Assembly: GCA_964016885.1 (NCBI GenBank) | Contig: OZ024740.1 | Location: 143,282,001 to 143,346,000 of the forward strand | Length of the DNA: 64,000 bases | Source of the DNA: Eledone cirrhosa | Taxonomy: Eukaryota | Direction of reading: 5' to 3' | Part shown: positions 1 to 10,847 of the stretch, in pieces | How the letters are laid out: the number at the start of each line of letters is the position of its first letter | Position numbering within the stretch: the first letter of the stretch is position 1 | Notes under the pieces: model-generated | Databases searched by the model: none | What the model was told of the DNA's origin: nothing | The model's input: the letters and a program-made list of their open reading frames with translations, nothing else | Program-made: the position numbers and the translations under genes

Positions 1-1270
1 AAGGCGCTGGACCCGTTGCTGAGATGCTGAAGGCATCAGGAGAAGTAGGAACTAAACTGGTTGCACACATAATCAATCATGCTATATATGGCGGTGTCAT
101 ACCGAAAGACTGGTGCAGCAGTATTCTCATAAATTGCTACAAAGGTAAAGGGGATACTCTGGAGAGGAGCAATTATAGAGGCATAAAACTGATGGATCAG
201 GTTATGAAAGTGGCAGGAAGAATGTTAGCACAACTAATTAGAGAAACGGTCAAATTAGATGAGATGCAGTTTGGTTTTGTGCCTCGGAAAAGTACAACAG
301 ATGCCCTCTTCTCAGTGAGACAAATACAAGAGAGGTTCTTAGAGAAGAATAAGCCACTATACTTAGCTTTTGTTGACCTAGAGAAGGCCTTCGATAGGGT
401 ACCCTGACCTGTTATCTGGTGGTCCCTAAGGAAACTAGGTGTAGAGGAATGGCTTGTGAGGACAGTGCAAGCTATGTACAGGGTGCTGTCAGTAAAGTGA
501 GAGTAGGAATGGAGTTTAGTGAGGAATTCCAGATACAAGTAGGAGTACATCAGGATTCGGTCCTCAGCCCGCTCTTGTTCATTATAGTCCTCCAAGCCAT
601 AACAGAGGAGTTTAAGACTGCCACTTCTCTATGCTGACGATCTGGTACTTATAGTAGAATCAGTAGAGGAGCTAGAGAATAGATTCTGGCTATGGAAACA
701 GCAGTTGGAATCAAGAGGACAGAGAGTGAACCTAGCTAAGACAGAAGTGTTGATATGTAGAAAAGAGGACAAAACTCTGATTCTATCAGGGAAATGGCCA
801 TGTTCGATATATAGAAAAGGAGTTGGCATAAATTCTATAAAATGTACACAATGCAGATCTTGGGTACACAAGAGATGTAGTGGGATAGCAGGCAAACAGG
901 TAGGGAAAACTATGTATGCAGTAGATGTACAGGGAAATTTGACAGTAGAAGTCACAGTGATAGACACATTTTCCAAATGCAGGTGGGTTCTATAGAAGTA
1001 GTTGATAGCTTCCGGTAATCAGATTAGCATGGGAGGAGGGTGTTCCAAGGCCATAGTATCTAGAATAAGGACAGGTTGGAAGAAGTTTAGGGAGCTGCTT
1101 CCTCTGTTGACAAAGAAGGGTTTCTCCCTGCGTAAGAAAGGCTGATTATATGCTGATGCTCACGGAAGAGATGACAATGGACCGTGACAAATGGAGAGAT
1201 GCTGTGCTGAATAGGACCCGTCCCACCCTTGCAAGGAGGGTAAAGCGGATGTAAAATGATGATGATGATG
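1..1270 (+). mobile_element. RTE-clade LINE 3' portion (RT domain, frameshifted) with (TGA)n tail
   Basis: ORF pieces carry RT motifs YKGKGD..NYRGIKL, QFGF, FVDLEKAFDRVP, GVHQ.SVLSPLLF and YADD (ctctatgctgacgat). Ends in gatgtaaaatgatgatgatgatg at about 1250-1270. Confidence 0.9.
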
Positions 1271-2008
1271 TATGAGCAAGACAAGGTTATCCAACCTGGC
1301 ATTGCCCACAACAGGACAACCCATCTAACCTATGCTAACGTGGAAGAATGGAAGTAAAACGGTGATGATGATGATGATATATTAATCTTAAATACCATCA
1401 ATTTTATTATGAGATATTGTTAGTTTTCCTTCTTGTATGATGCACGAAGACACCAACCATCCAACATCTCTCATTTATATTATAATCTATCTATTTATCT
1501 ATCTATCGTCCGACAGGTAACGGTAACAATATTTTTGCTATATGAAGCAAGGAATTCAATTAAATTCAATTATAAATATTTTTTTATAAATATCGAAAGA
1601 AGTCATCCATTTTGTTTTATATCTCCATTCTGTAGAAAAGAGAGAGAGAAGATGAAAGAGAGAGAAAGAGAAAGAAAGAAGAAGGGTTTATTTTCAACCA
1701 TACAAAATTACACTAAAATGTTGCTGGCATACCCCATGAGTAAGTGAAGAAAAAAGGTTGGTTCCTTGCCGATAGGGTCAAAATTTCTTTTTTAACGTTA
1801 CATCTTGCTAGTATCGACACAGGAACGTAAATAGGTCTTGTCTTCTCAAAGTGAATGTAGCAACTGTGTGAAGTCAAAAAAATTAGCTGGCCAGAAGTTG
1901 TTTCTCGGTATTTCTGTGCCGCCGGTTTAGAGGCCCAGCAATTTACCAAGCGCAACCCAATTGCTCCACTTCGGCAAGTAGTGCCTTTGCTTACTCCAGG
2001 GTCATTTA

Positions 2009-2800
2009 GTGGAAGCTCATGAAATCAAGACAAGTGATGCTATTGGGCAAGTTTACAATGTCAACCCCAACAACAGAGAGTGCTTTTATTTACAGCTACT
2101 TCTGCATACTGTTCGAGGACCAATGTCATTTGAGGATCTCAGGTGCTTCGAAGGAAGGGTGTGTGCCACATACCAAGAAGCATGTAAACAGCAACGACTC
2201 CTGCATGTCAATGGACATTGGAAGAAGAGCTTAGAAGCAGCAGCAGTCACTCAAGTAGCCAGTCAAATAAAACAGTTGCTTACTATTATGCTCAAATGTG
2301 AAATTGACTAAGCTCATCTACTCTGGCAGGAGTACAAAAATAATATGTCAGATGACTATCTACACCTAGCCTAAAGAATATATGGAATATACCCCCAGAA
2401 TTTACAATCAAGCACTCTAAGACCTGTCCCATTGAGTTCAGGCAATGAATATCACATTAGTTAACTGTGGGATGCCAGAAGAATGACGGTAGCAGAAGTT
2501 TTTCAGGAGACAAACTACAATATTCAAGCCTTGCGTATGTTTGTGAATGAAAATTGAACCTTGATTGGTGGATGACAAAAAATATGCCAATCACAACATC
2601 ATAGAAAACATTCAAGACGACAGGGAAGGACTTTTCTTCATCAATGCTCCTGCTGGCACAGGTAAGACATGTCTCATAAACCTCCTGCTTGCAAAAGTTC
2701 ACCAAAAAAAAACATATTGCCCTTGTTGTGGCTTCAAATGACATTGCAGCAATGCTTTTGGATGGAGGAAGAACTGCACAATCCTTGTTAAAGCTTGTAG
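2009..2800 (+). mobile_element. Helitron Rep/Pif1-helicase coding fragment (decayed)
   Basis: IGQVYNVNP..ECFYLQLLLHTVRGPMSFEDLR..ATYQEAC matches the Helitron Rep-helicase linker. Walker A FFINAPAGTGKT at about 2633-2668, then AAMLLDGGRTA (Pif1-like). Stops and frameshifts present. Confidence 0.85.
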
Positions 2801-3774
2801 AGAATTCTGAAGTCGCAAATTTACTGCATAGTGTTACTTTGGAAGAATATGCAGGTATTCCTGGGTACCTCTACTATATTAAGTAGTATAAGTGAGAACT
2901 TTGTGTGGTAGCTAGTTAGACCTGTTAAAAATAGCAGCCAAATGTCCTTCAAATCCCACCCTACTGTTTATGTATGAATGTATGAAGCAAAATGGAAAGT
3001 TTCTATGTGATATATCGATCTACTAGAAATATTAGCAAAATCTCCTTCAAATCCCAGCAAACTGTCTAACACACACATACATATGTGTATGTATGCCATG
3101 GGAGCCACTATAACTTTTGGTATACCTAATAGAAATAGAAAACAAATCTCCCTTAAACACAATCCGACAGCCATAGAGGCAAAGCTTGGTGAAAGCTAGT
3201 GTAAAAATCTAAATACACTTTCCTGAATTACCGAAAGGAGTAAGTAAAAGCTTCATTCATTCATAAGCCAGTGCCTACTTTTTTATTATTATTTATGGCT
3301 TTCAAAATAACCTTTGCATTGTTTCAGAGGTTCTAGTTGTGCAAAAAAAAAGAGAAGATAGATAAAAAAAAATACAAATGGAATTTTTGATTATGCCTTT
3401 TTCACTGACAACATACCTGTAGCAGGAGTTGCCTCCCTTGTTGTGACACTCACAACGCCAATAGATTAACACCATCTAGACAGGAAGTAGAACCCTTTCT
3501 GTAACTTCCGGTCAGAACCCTATAAAAGTAACAACTTTAAGTTCTCACCCTCCCATTTGCCCTTCCGGCGCCTGGCCTTCGCCAGGCGTCTTCTGCCAGC
3601 CGCGTTTGCCTGGCAATCAAAACGGTAACTACTAACTTTGCTTCATTCTTTCGTTTATTCATTGACATGTCAACTATACTGTTAAATTGATTAAATATTA
3701 TACACACAAACCATGTCTCCTTGTTACATTCATACAACCCAGTATCACGCTATATACCTAATGATTCATCTAAG

Positions 3775-3966
3775 GGTGAAGCATGGATTGGCAGTATCGG
3801 TAGAGGGTCGGAAGCCATGCTTTCCAGCAGAGTTACGTCCCTTTACGATCTGAGTTCAAATCCCACCGAGGTTGACTTTGCCTTTCATCCTTACGGGGTC
3901 GATAAAATAAAGTACCAGTAATGCACTGGGTAATTGCTGGCCTTGTGCCTAAAGTAGAAACAATTA
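3775..3966 (+). mobile_element. tRNA-type SINE (family with GCCTTTCATCCTTACGGGGTCGATAAA core)
   Basis: Box-B-like GAGTTCAAATCCC, conserved core and AT tail. At least six copies in the window, several with TSDs. Confidence 0.85.
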
Positions 3967-4399
3967 TATATGCTGACTTTAAAAGGGAATAATATTCAAT
4001 AAAACACACCACTGGAGAAAACTAATAATATTTTTATCTAGATGATTTTGCATTGAGCAAGTGACAATGAATATTCTGCAATAATTTCAACTTTAGTTCA
4101 AATACAGCAATCATATTTCATTGGTCAAATGTTTTGTAATATGTGCCAAAACATTGTTACTTTCATAAAATAACCAGGCATTGCCAGGTACCTTTTCTAG
4201 TATCAAGAAATCTTCCTGGTTCCATTGCTTTATTTACTTCTCGCTTGTCAGTTTTCGTTTTTGTGGAGTGCACGAAGAAACCAACTAACAACCAATATTG
4301 TGCGTAGATAGAAGATTTATTAATGTAGAAATTTTGTTGTGCTGCTGGTAACATTTTAATTGTTTATGCTCTTAATAACAATTTTGTCTTTCTTGCCAC

Positions 4400-5045
4400 C
4401 TGAATGCCGGTCGCTTCGCACGTCACACGGAGCTAATCCTCATTCTCAAGAGAGCTTTGGCCCGGGCAACATTCCCTCAATCTTGGACCCTTCTGGGCTG
4501 TCCAGAAGTGACGGCAAAAGACCTGACGGCCTTACATTGTGCCCCTGGTCGAGGGGCAGGTGCCTTGATGGGACGTGACTGTTAGTGACTCTTTTGCTTT
4601 TTCCCCACATCCTGGATGCTGCGGTTAGGGTGAGAGCAACAGTTTCCACAGCCGAAAAGAGCAAACCCTAAAATACTGTGATCTGTCGGTCAACTACATT
4701 TTCCAGCCTGTGGCTTTCGAGATGTTCGGGGGAGTCGGGTTGCTGACTGCGAGTTTCCTCTCTTCATTGGCGGCTCGCCTAATAGAGGTAACTGGCAAAT
4801 CTCGCGAGGGCGGTTGATTGTTCCAGCGCATTAGCCTGGCCATCACCCGACGCTGCTGTCTTTTGCTCAGGTGGTGGCCCGGTTGTCCACACCTTCCTTT
4901 ATATTTTATTTAATATTGCAACATTAAAAGAATATATCCTTCTGAAAGAATCGGGAGCAGTTTATAATCTGTTGTATAAATAACATTACAAGTTGTTATC
5001 TAAGCATTCGTAAGTTTTTGTGTATATATTTAAAACATATTTGTT
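4400..5045 (+). mobile_element. CRE-like non-LTR retrotransposon 3' end (restriction-like endonuclease and 3' UTR)
   Basis: [23 protein letters not shown] then WDVTV..FQPVAFE..FQRISLAI. Clear DNA similarity to the 3' end of the element at 51780-52330. Confidence 0.85.
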
Positions 5046-5312
5046 ATAAACGGAAAAAATGAAACGAAATTTCATTTCCCACTCTTAGTACGGCTGTTAC
5101 TTAAATATGAGTATGTACACGTACATACATATATGTATACAGACGTACAGTAGTATGTATATATATATATACACACACACATATATATATGTACGTATGG
5201 ATTTACTGAACATTTATTATAATGCTCGGTGTGTTTGTAAACAAACATCCCGTATTAAGCCGTACAGTGTCCAGCAACCATCGTTGCTCGTTTGTTCAAC
5301 ACTGACAAAGGA

Positions 5313-5355
5313 ACGCTGTACAAGTTTCAAGCTTATTAGCTATCGTCAGCAATGT
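5313..5355 (-). ncRNA. Minimal type I hammerhead ribozyme, variant (stem III loop UU, one stem I mismatch)
   Basis: Minus strand ACATTG-CTGACGA-TAGCTAATAAGCTT-GAAAC-TT-GTA-CAGCGT. Confidence 0.75.
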
Positions 5356-5730
5356 ATACCTTCCTGCCAGATTGTTGAACGTATATACTTACCTTATACA
5401 TATTAACGGCTGAGTAGCCCAATTTGCATATCGAGTGGGTTAATCGGCCGGGTGCATCGAAAACGATAAACGGAAAAAATGAAACGAAATTTCATTTCCC
5501 ACTCTTAGTACGGCTGTTACTTAAATATAAGTATGTACACGTACATACATATATGTATACAGACGTAGAGTTGTATGTATATATATACATACATGCACAC
5601 ATATATATATGTACATATGGATTCACGGAACATTTATTATAATGTTCGGTGTGTTTGTAAACAAATATCTCGTATTAAGCCGTAGTGTCAATCACCCATC
5701 GGTGCTCGTTTGTTCAATACTGACAAAGGA

Positions 5731-5773
5731 ACGCTGTACTAGTTTCAAGCTTATTAGCTATCGTCAGCAACGT
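5731..5773 (-). ncRNA. Minimal type I hammerhead ribozyme, canonical
   Basis: Minus strand ACGTTG-CTGACGA-T.AGC.TAATAA.GCT.T-GAAAC-TA-GTA-CAGCGT: 6-bp stem I, 3-bp stem II, palindromic ACTAGT stem III, GUA site. Confidence 0.88.
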
Positions 5774-6156
5774 ATACCTTCCTGCCAGATTGTTGAACAT
5801 ATATACTTACCTTATGCATATTAACGGCTGAGTAGCCCAATTTGCATATCGAGTGCGTTAGTCGGCCGGGTGCACCGAAAACGATAAACGGAAAAAATGA
5901 AACGAAATTTCATTTCCCACTCTTAGTACGGCTGTTACTTAAATATAAGTATGTACACGTACATACATATATGTATACAGACGTACAGTAGTATGTATAT
6001 ATATATATATATATACATACACACATATATATATATGTACGTATGGATTCACTGAACATTTATTATAATGCTCGGTGTGTTTGTAAACAAACATCCTGTA
6101 TTAAGCCGTAGTGTCCAGCAACCATCGTTGCTCGTTTGTTCAACACTGACAAAGGA

Positions 6157-6199
6157 ATGCTGTACTAGTTTCAAGCTTATTAGCTATCGTCAACAACGT
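6157..6199 (-). ncRNA. Hammerhead ribozyme, C3>U core variant
   Basis: Minus strand TTGACGA...GAAACTAGTA; one additional stem I change. Confidence 0.65.
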
Positions 6200-6416
6200 A
6201 TACCTTCCTGCCAGATTGTTGAACGTATATACTTACGTTATGCATGTTAACGGCTGAGTAGCCCAATTTGTGGGAAATGAAATTTCGTTTCATTTTTTCC
6301 GTTTATCGTTTTCGGTGCACCCGGCCGATTAACTCACTCGATATACAAATTAGGCTACTCAGCCGTTAATATGCATAAGGTAAGTATATACGTTCAACAA
6401 TCTGGCAGGAAGGTAT

Positions 6417-6459
6417 ACGTTGCTGACGATAGCTAATAAGCTTGAAACTAGTGCAGCGT
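6417..6459 (+). ncRNA. Hammerhead ribozyme with GUG (non-cleavable) site
   Basis: ACGTTG-CTGACGA-TAGCTAATAAGCTT-GAAACTA-GTG-CAGCGT. Confidence 0.7.
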
Positions 6460-6836
6460 TCCTATGTCAGTGTTGAACAAACGAGCAACGATGGTTGCTG
6501 GACACTACGTCTTAATACGGGATGATTGTTTACAAACACACCGAGCATTATAATAAATGTTCGGTGAATCCATACGTACATATATATATGTGTGCATGTA
6601 TGTATATATATATACATACTATTGTACGTCTGTATACATATATGTATGTACGTGTACATACTTATATTTAAGTAACAGTCGTACTAAGAGTGGGAAATGA
6701 AATTTCGTTTCATTTTTTCCGTTTATCGTTTTCGGTGCACCCGGCCGATTAACCCACTCGATATGCAAATTAGGCTACTCAGCCGTTAATATGCATAAGG
6801 TAAGTATATACGTTCAACAATCTGGCAGGAAGGTAT

Positions 6837-6879
6837 ACGTTGCTGATGATAGCTAATAAGCTTGAAACTAGTACAGCGT
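6837..6879 (+). ncRNA. Minimal type I hammerhead ribozyme, canonical
   Basis: ACGTTG-CTGATGA-TAGCTAATAAGCTT-GAAACTA-GTA-CAGCGT; predicted cut after 6873. Confidence 0.88.
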
Positions 6880-7071
6880 TCCTTTGTCAGTGTTGAACAA
6901 ACGAGCAACGATGGTTACTGGACAGTACGGCTTAATACGGGATGTTTGTTTACAAAAACACTGAGCATTATAATAAATGTTCGGTGAATCCATACATATA
7001 TATATATATGTGTGGATGTATATATATATATATACATACTACTGTATACATATATGTATGTACGTGTACAT

Positions 7072-7291
7072 CATCATCATCATCATCAACGTTTAACGTC
7101 CGTGTTCCACGCTTGCATGGGTTTGGACGGGGGTAGTCCCACTTGAGGCAAGAGTGATTGTCTTGCTCGCATAGGACTGTCTGGCAGGCTTTCTACAGTT
7201 GGATGCCCTTCCTAACACCAACCACATTTACAGTTTGGGTCTGGGAGGTTTTTACCGTGTTGCCTACACGGCCACATTACAGCGTGGACTG
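7072..7291 (-). mobile_element. RTE 3'-tail / SINE-like fragment inserted in the satellite
   Basis: Reverse complement closely matches the RTE 3' end at about 45385-45596, including the (CAT)n tail. Confidence 0.85.
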
Positions 7292-7666
7292 TATATTTAA
7301 GTAACAGCCGTACTAAGAGTACTATTGTACTATTGTATGGCTTAATACGGGATGTTTGTTTACAACCACACCGAGCATTATAATAAATGTTCGGTGAATC
7401 CATACGTACATATATATATGTGTGCATGTATGTATATATATATACATACTATTGTACGTCTGTATACATATATGTATGTACGTGTACATACTTATATTTA
7501 AGTAACAGCCGTACTAAGAGTGGGAAATGAAATTTCGTTTCATTTTTTCCGTTTATCGTTTTCGGTGCACCTGGCCGATTAACTCACTCGATATACAAAT
7601 TAGGCTACTCAGCCGTTAATATGCATAAGGTAAGTATATACGTTCAACAATCTGGCAGGAAGGTAT

Positions 7667-7709
7667 ACGTTGCTGATGATAGCTAATAAGCTTGAAACTA
7701 GTACAGCGT
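7667..7709 (+). ncRNA. Minimal type I hammerhead ribozyme, canonical
   Basis: CTGATGA at 7673, GAAACTAGTA, predicted cut after 7703. Confidence 0.88.
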
Positions 7710-8088
7710 TCCTTTGTCAGTGTTGAACAAACGAGCAACGATGGTTGCTGGACACTACGGCTTAATATGGGATGTTTGTTTACAAACACACCGAGCACTA
7801 TAATAAATGTTCGGTGAATCCATAGGCACATATTTATATGTGTGCATGTATGTATATATATATATACATACTACTGTACCTCTGTATACATATATGTATG
7901 TACGTGTACATACTTATATTTAAGTAACAACCGTACTAAGAGTGGGAAATGAAATTTCGTTTCATTTTTTCCGTTTATCGTTTTCGGTGCACCCGGCCGA
8001 TTAACCCACTCGATATGCAAATTAGGCTACTCAGCCGTTAATATGCATAAGGTAAGTATATACGTTCAACAATCTGGCAGGAAGGTAT

Positions 8089-8131
8089 ACGTTGCTGACG
8101 ATAGCTAATAAGCTTGAAACTAGTGCAGCGT
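8089..8131 (+). ncRNA. Hammerhead ribozyme with GUG (non-cleavable) site
   Basis: CTGACGA at 8095, GAAACTAGTG. Confidence 0.7.
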
Positions 8132-8508
8132 TCCTATGTCAGTGTTGAACAAACGAGCAACGATGGTTGCTGGACACTACGTCTTAATACGGGATGATTG
8201 TTTACAAACACACCGAGCATTATAATAAATGTTCGGTGAATCCATACGTACATATATATATGTGTGCATGTATGTATATATATATACATACTATTGTACG
8301 TCTGTATACATATATGTATGTACGTGTACATACTTATATTTAAGTAACAGTCGTACTAAGAGTGGGAAATGAAATTTCGTTTCATTTTTTCCGTTTATCG
8401 TTTTCGGTGCACCCGGCCGATTAACCCACTCGATATGCAAATTAGGCTACTCAGCCGTTAATATGCATAAGGTAAGTATATACGTTCAACAATCTGGCAG
8501 GAAGGTAT

Positions 8509-8551
8509 ACGTTGCTGATGATAGCTAATAAGCTTGAAACTAGTACAGCGT
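8509..8551 (+). ncRNA. Minimal type I hammerhead ribozyme, canonical
   Basis: CTGATGA at 8515, predicted cut after 8545. Confidence 0.88.
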
Positions 8552-8743
8552 TCCTTTGTCAGTGTTGAACAAACGAGCAACGATGGTTACTGGACAGTAC
8601 GGCTTAATACGGGATGTTTGTTTACAAAAACACTGAGCATTATAATAAATGTTCGGTGAATCCATACATATATATATATATGTGTGGATGTATATATATA
8701 TATATACATACTACTGTATACATATATGTATGTACGTGTACAT

Positions 8744-8963
8744 CATCATCATCATCATCAACGTTTAACGTCCGTGTTCCACGCTTGCATGGGTTTGGAC
8801 GGGGGTAGTCCCACTTGAGGCAAGAGTGATTGTCTTGCTCGCATAGGACTGTCTGGCAGGCTTTCTACAGTTGGATGCCCTTCCTAACACCAACCACATT
8901 TACAGTTTGGGTCTGGGAGGTTTTTACCGTGTTGCCTACACGGCCACATTACAGCGTGGACTG
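8744..8963 (-). mobile_element. Duplicate copy of the RTE-tail insertion
   Basis: Same insertion as 7072-7291, shifted by 1672 bp. Confidence 0.85.
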
Positions 8964-9338
8964 TATATTTAAGTAACAGCCGTACTAAGAGTACTATTGT
9001 ACTATTGTATGGCTTAATACGGGATGTTTGTTTATAACCACACCGAGCATTATAATAAATGTTCGGTGAATCCATACGTACATATATATATGTGTGCATG
9101 TATGTATATATATATACATACTATTGTACGTCTGTATACATATATGTATGTACGTGTACATACTTATATTTAAGTAACAGCCGTACTAAGAGTGGGAAAT
9201 GAAATTTCGTTTCATTTTTTCCGTTTATCGTTTTCGGTGCACCTGGCCGATTAACTCACTCGATATACAAATTAGGCTACTCAGCCGTTAATATGCATAA
9301 GGTAAGTATATACGTTCAACAATCTGGCAGGAAGGTAT

Positions 9339-9381
9339 ACGTTGCTGATGATAGCTAATAAGCTTGAAACTAGTACAGCGT
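9339..9381 (+). ncRNA. Minimal type I hammerhead ribozyme, canonical
   Basis: CTGATGA at 9345, predicted cut after 9375. Confidence 0.88.
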
Positions 9382-9760
9382 TCCTTTGTCAGTGTTGAAC
9401 AAACGAGCAACGATGGTTGCTGGACACTACGGCTTAATATGGGATGTTTGTTTACAAACACACCGAGCACTATAATAAATGTTCGGTGAATCCATAGGCA
9501 CATATTTATATGTGTGCATGTATGTATATATATATATACATACTACTGTACGTCTGTATACATATATGTATGTACGTGTACATACTTATATTTAAGTAAC
9601 AACCGTACTAAGAGTGGGAAATGAAATTTCGTTTCATTTTTTCCGTTTATCGTTTTCGGTGCACCCGGCCGATTAACCCACTCGATATGCAAATTAGGCT
9701 ACTCAGCCGTTAATATGCATAAGGTAAGTATATACGTTCAACAATCTGGCAGGAAGGTAT

Positions 9761-9803
9761 ACGTTGCTGACGATAGCTAATAAGCTTGAAACTAGTACAG
9801 CGT
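9761..9803 (+). ncRNA. Minimal type I hammerhead ribozyme, canonical
   Basis: CTGACGA at 9767, predicted cut after 9797. Confidence 0.88.
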
Positions 9804-10181
9804 TCCTTTGTCAGTGTTGAACAAACGAGCAACTATGGTTGCTGGACACTACGGCTTAATACGGGATGTTGTTTACAAACACACCGAGCACTATAATAAA
9901 TGTTCGGTGAATCCATAGGCACATATTTATATGTGTGCATGTATGTATATATATATATACATACTACTGTACGTCTGTATACATATATGTATGTACGTGT
10001 ACATACTTATATTTAAGTAACAACCGTACTAAGAGTGGGAAATGAAATTTCGTTTCATTTTTTCCATTTATCGTTTTCGGTGCACCCGGCCGATTAACCC
10101 ACTCGATATGCAAATTGGGCTACTCAGCCGTTAATATGCATAAGGTAAGTATATACGTTCAACAATCTGGCAGGAAGGTAT

Positions 10182-10224
10182 ACGTTGCTAACGATAGCTA
10201 ATAAGCTTGAAACTAGTACAGCGT
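10182..10224 (+). ncRNA. Hammerhead ribozyme, G5>A core mutant (likely inactive core, intact GUA site)
   Basis: CTAACGA at 10188, GAAACTAGTA. Confidence 0.6.
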
Positions 10225-10804
10225 TCCTATGTCAGTGTTGAACAAACGAGCAACGATGGTTACTGGACACTACGGCTTAATACGGGATGTTTGTTTACAA
10301 AAACACCGAGCATTATAATAAATGTTCGGTGAATCCATACGTATATATATATATATGTGTGCATGTATGTATATATATATATATATATACATACTACTGT
10401 ATACATATATGTATGTACGTGTACATACTTATATTTAAGTAACAGCCGTACTAAGAGTACTATTGTACTATTGTACGGCTTAATACGGGATGTTTGTTTA
10501 CAACCACACCGAACATTATAATAAATGTTCGGTGAATCCATACGTACATATATATATGTGTGCATGTATGTATATATATATACATACTATTGTACGTCTG
10601 TATACATATATGTATGTACGTGTACATACTTATATTTAAGTAACAGCCGTACTAAGAGTGGGAAATGAAATTTCGTTTCATTTTTTCCGTTTATCGTTTT
10701 CGGTGCACCCAGCCGATTAACCCACTCGATATGCAAATTAGGCTACTCAGCCGTTAATATGCATAAGGTAAGTATATACGTTCAACAATCTGGCAGGAAG
10801 GTAT

Positions 10805-10847
10805 ACGTTGCTGACGATAGTTAATAAGCTTGAAACTAGTGCAGCGT
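10805..10847 (+). ncRNA. Hammerhead ribozyme with GUG site and U-G wobble in stem II
   Basis: CTGACGA-TAGTTAATAAGCTT-GAAACTAGTG. Confidence 0.65.

Noticed and set aside
6395-6480. Pol III box A/B in the satellite unit (TGGCAGGAAGG, GTTGAAC)
   Set aside because: Too many mismatches to the consensus to support a promoter call.
5107-10565. Repeated 60-100-aa ORFs in the satellite
   Set aside because: Frames and starts vary between units with microsatellite length, and the products are low-complexity. The conserved signal is RNA structure, not protein.
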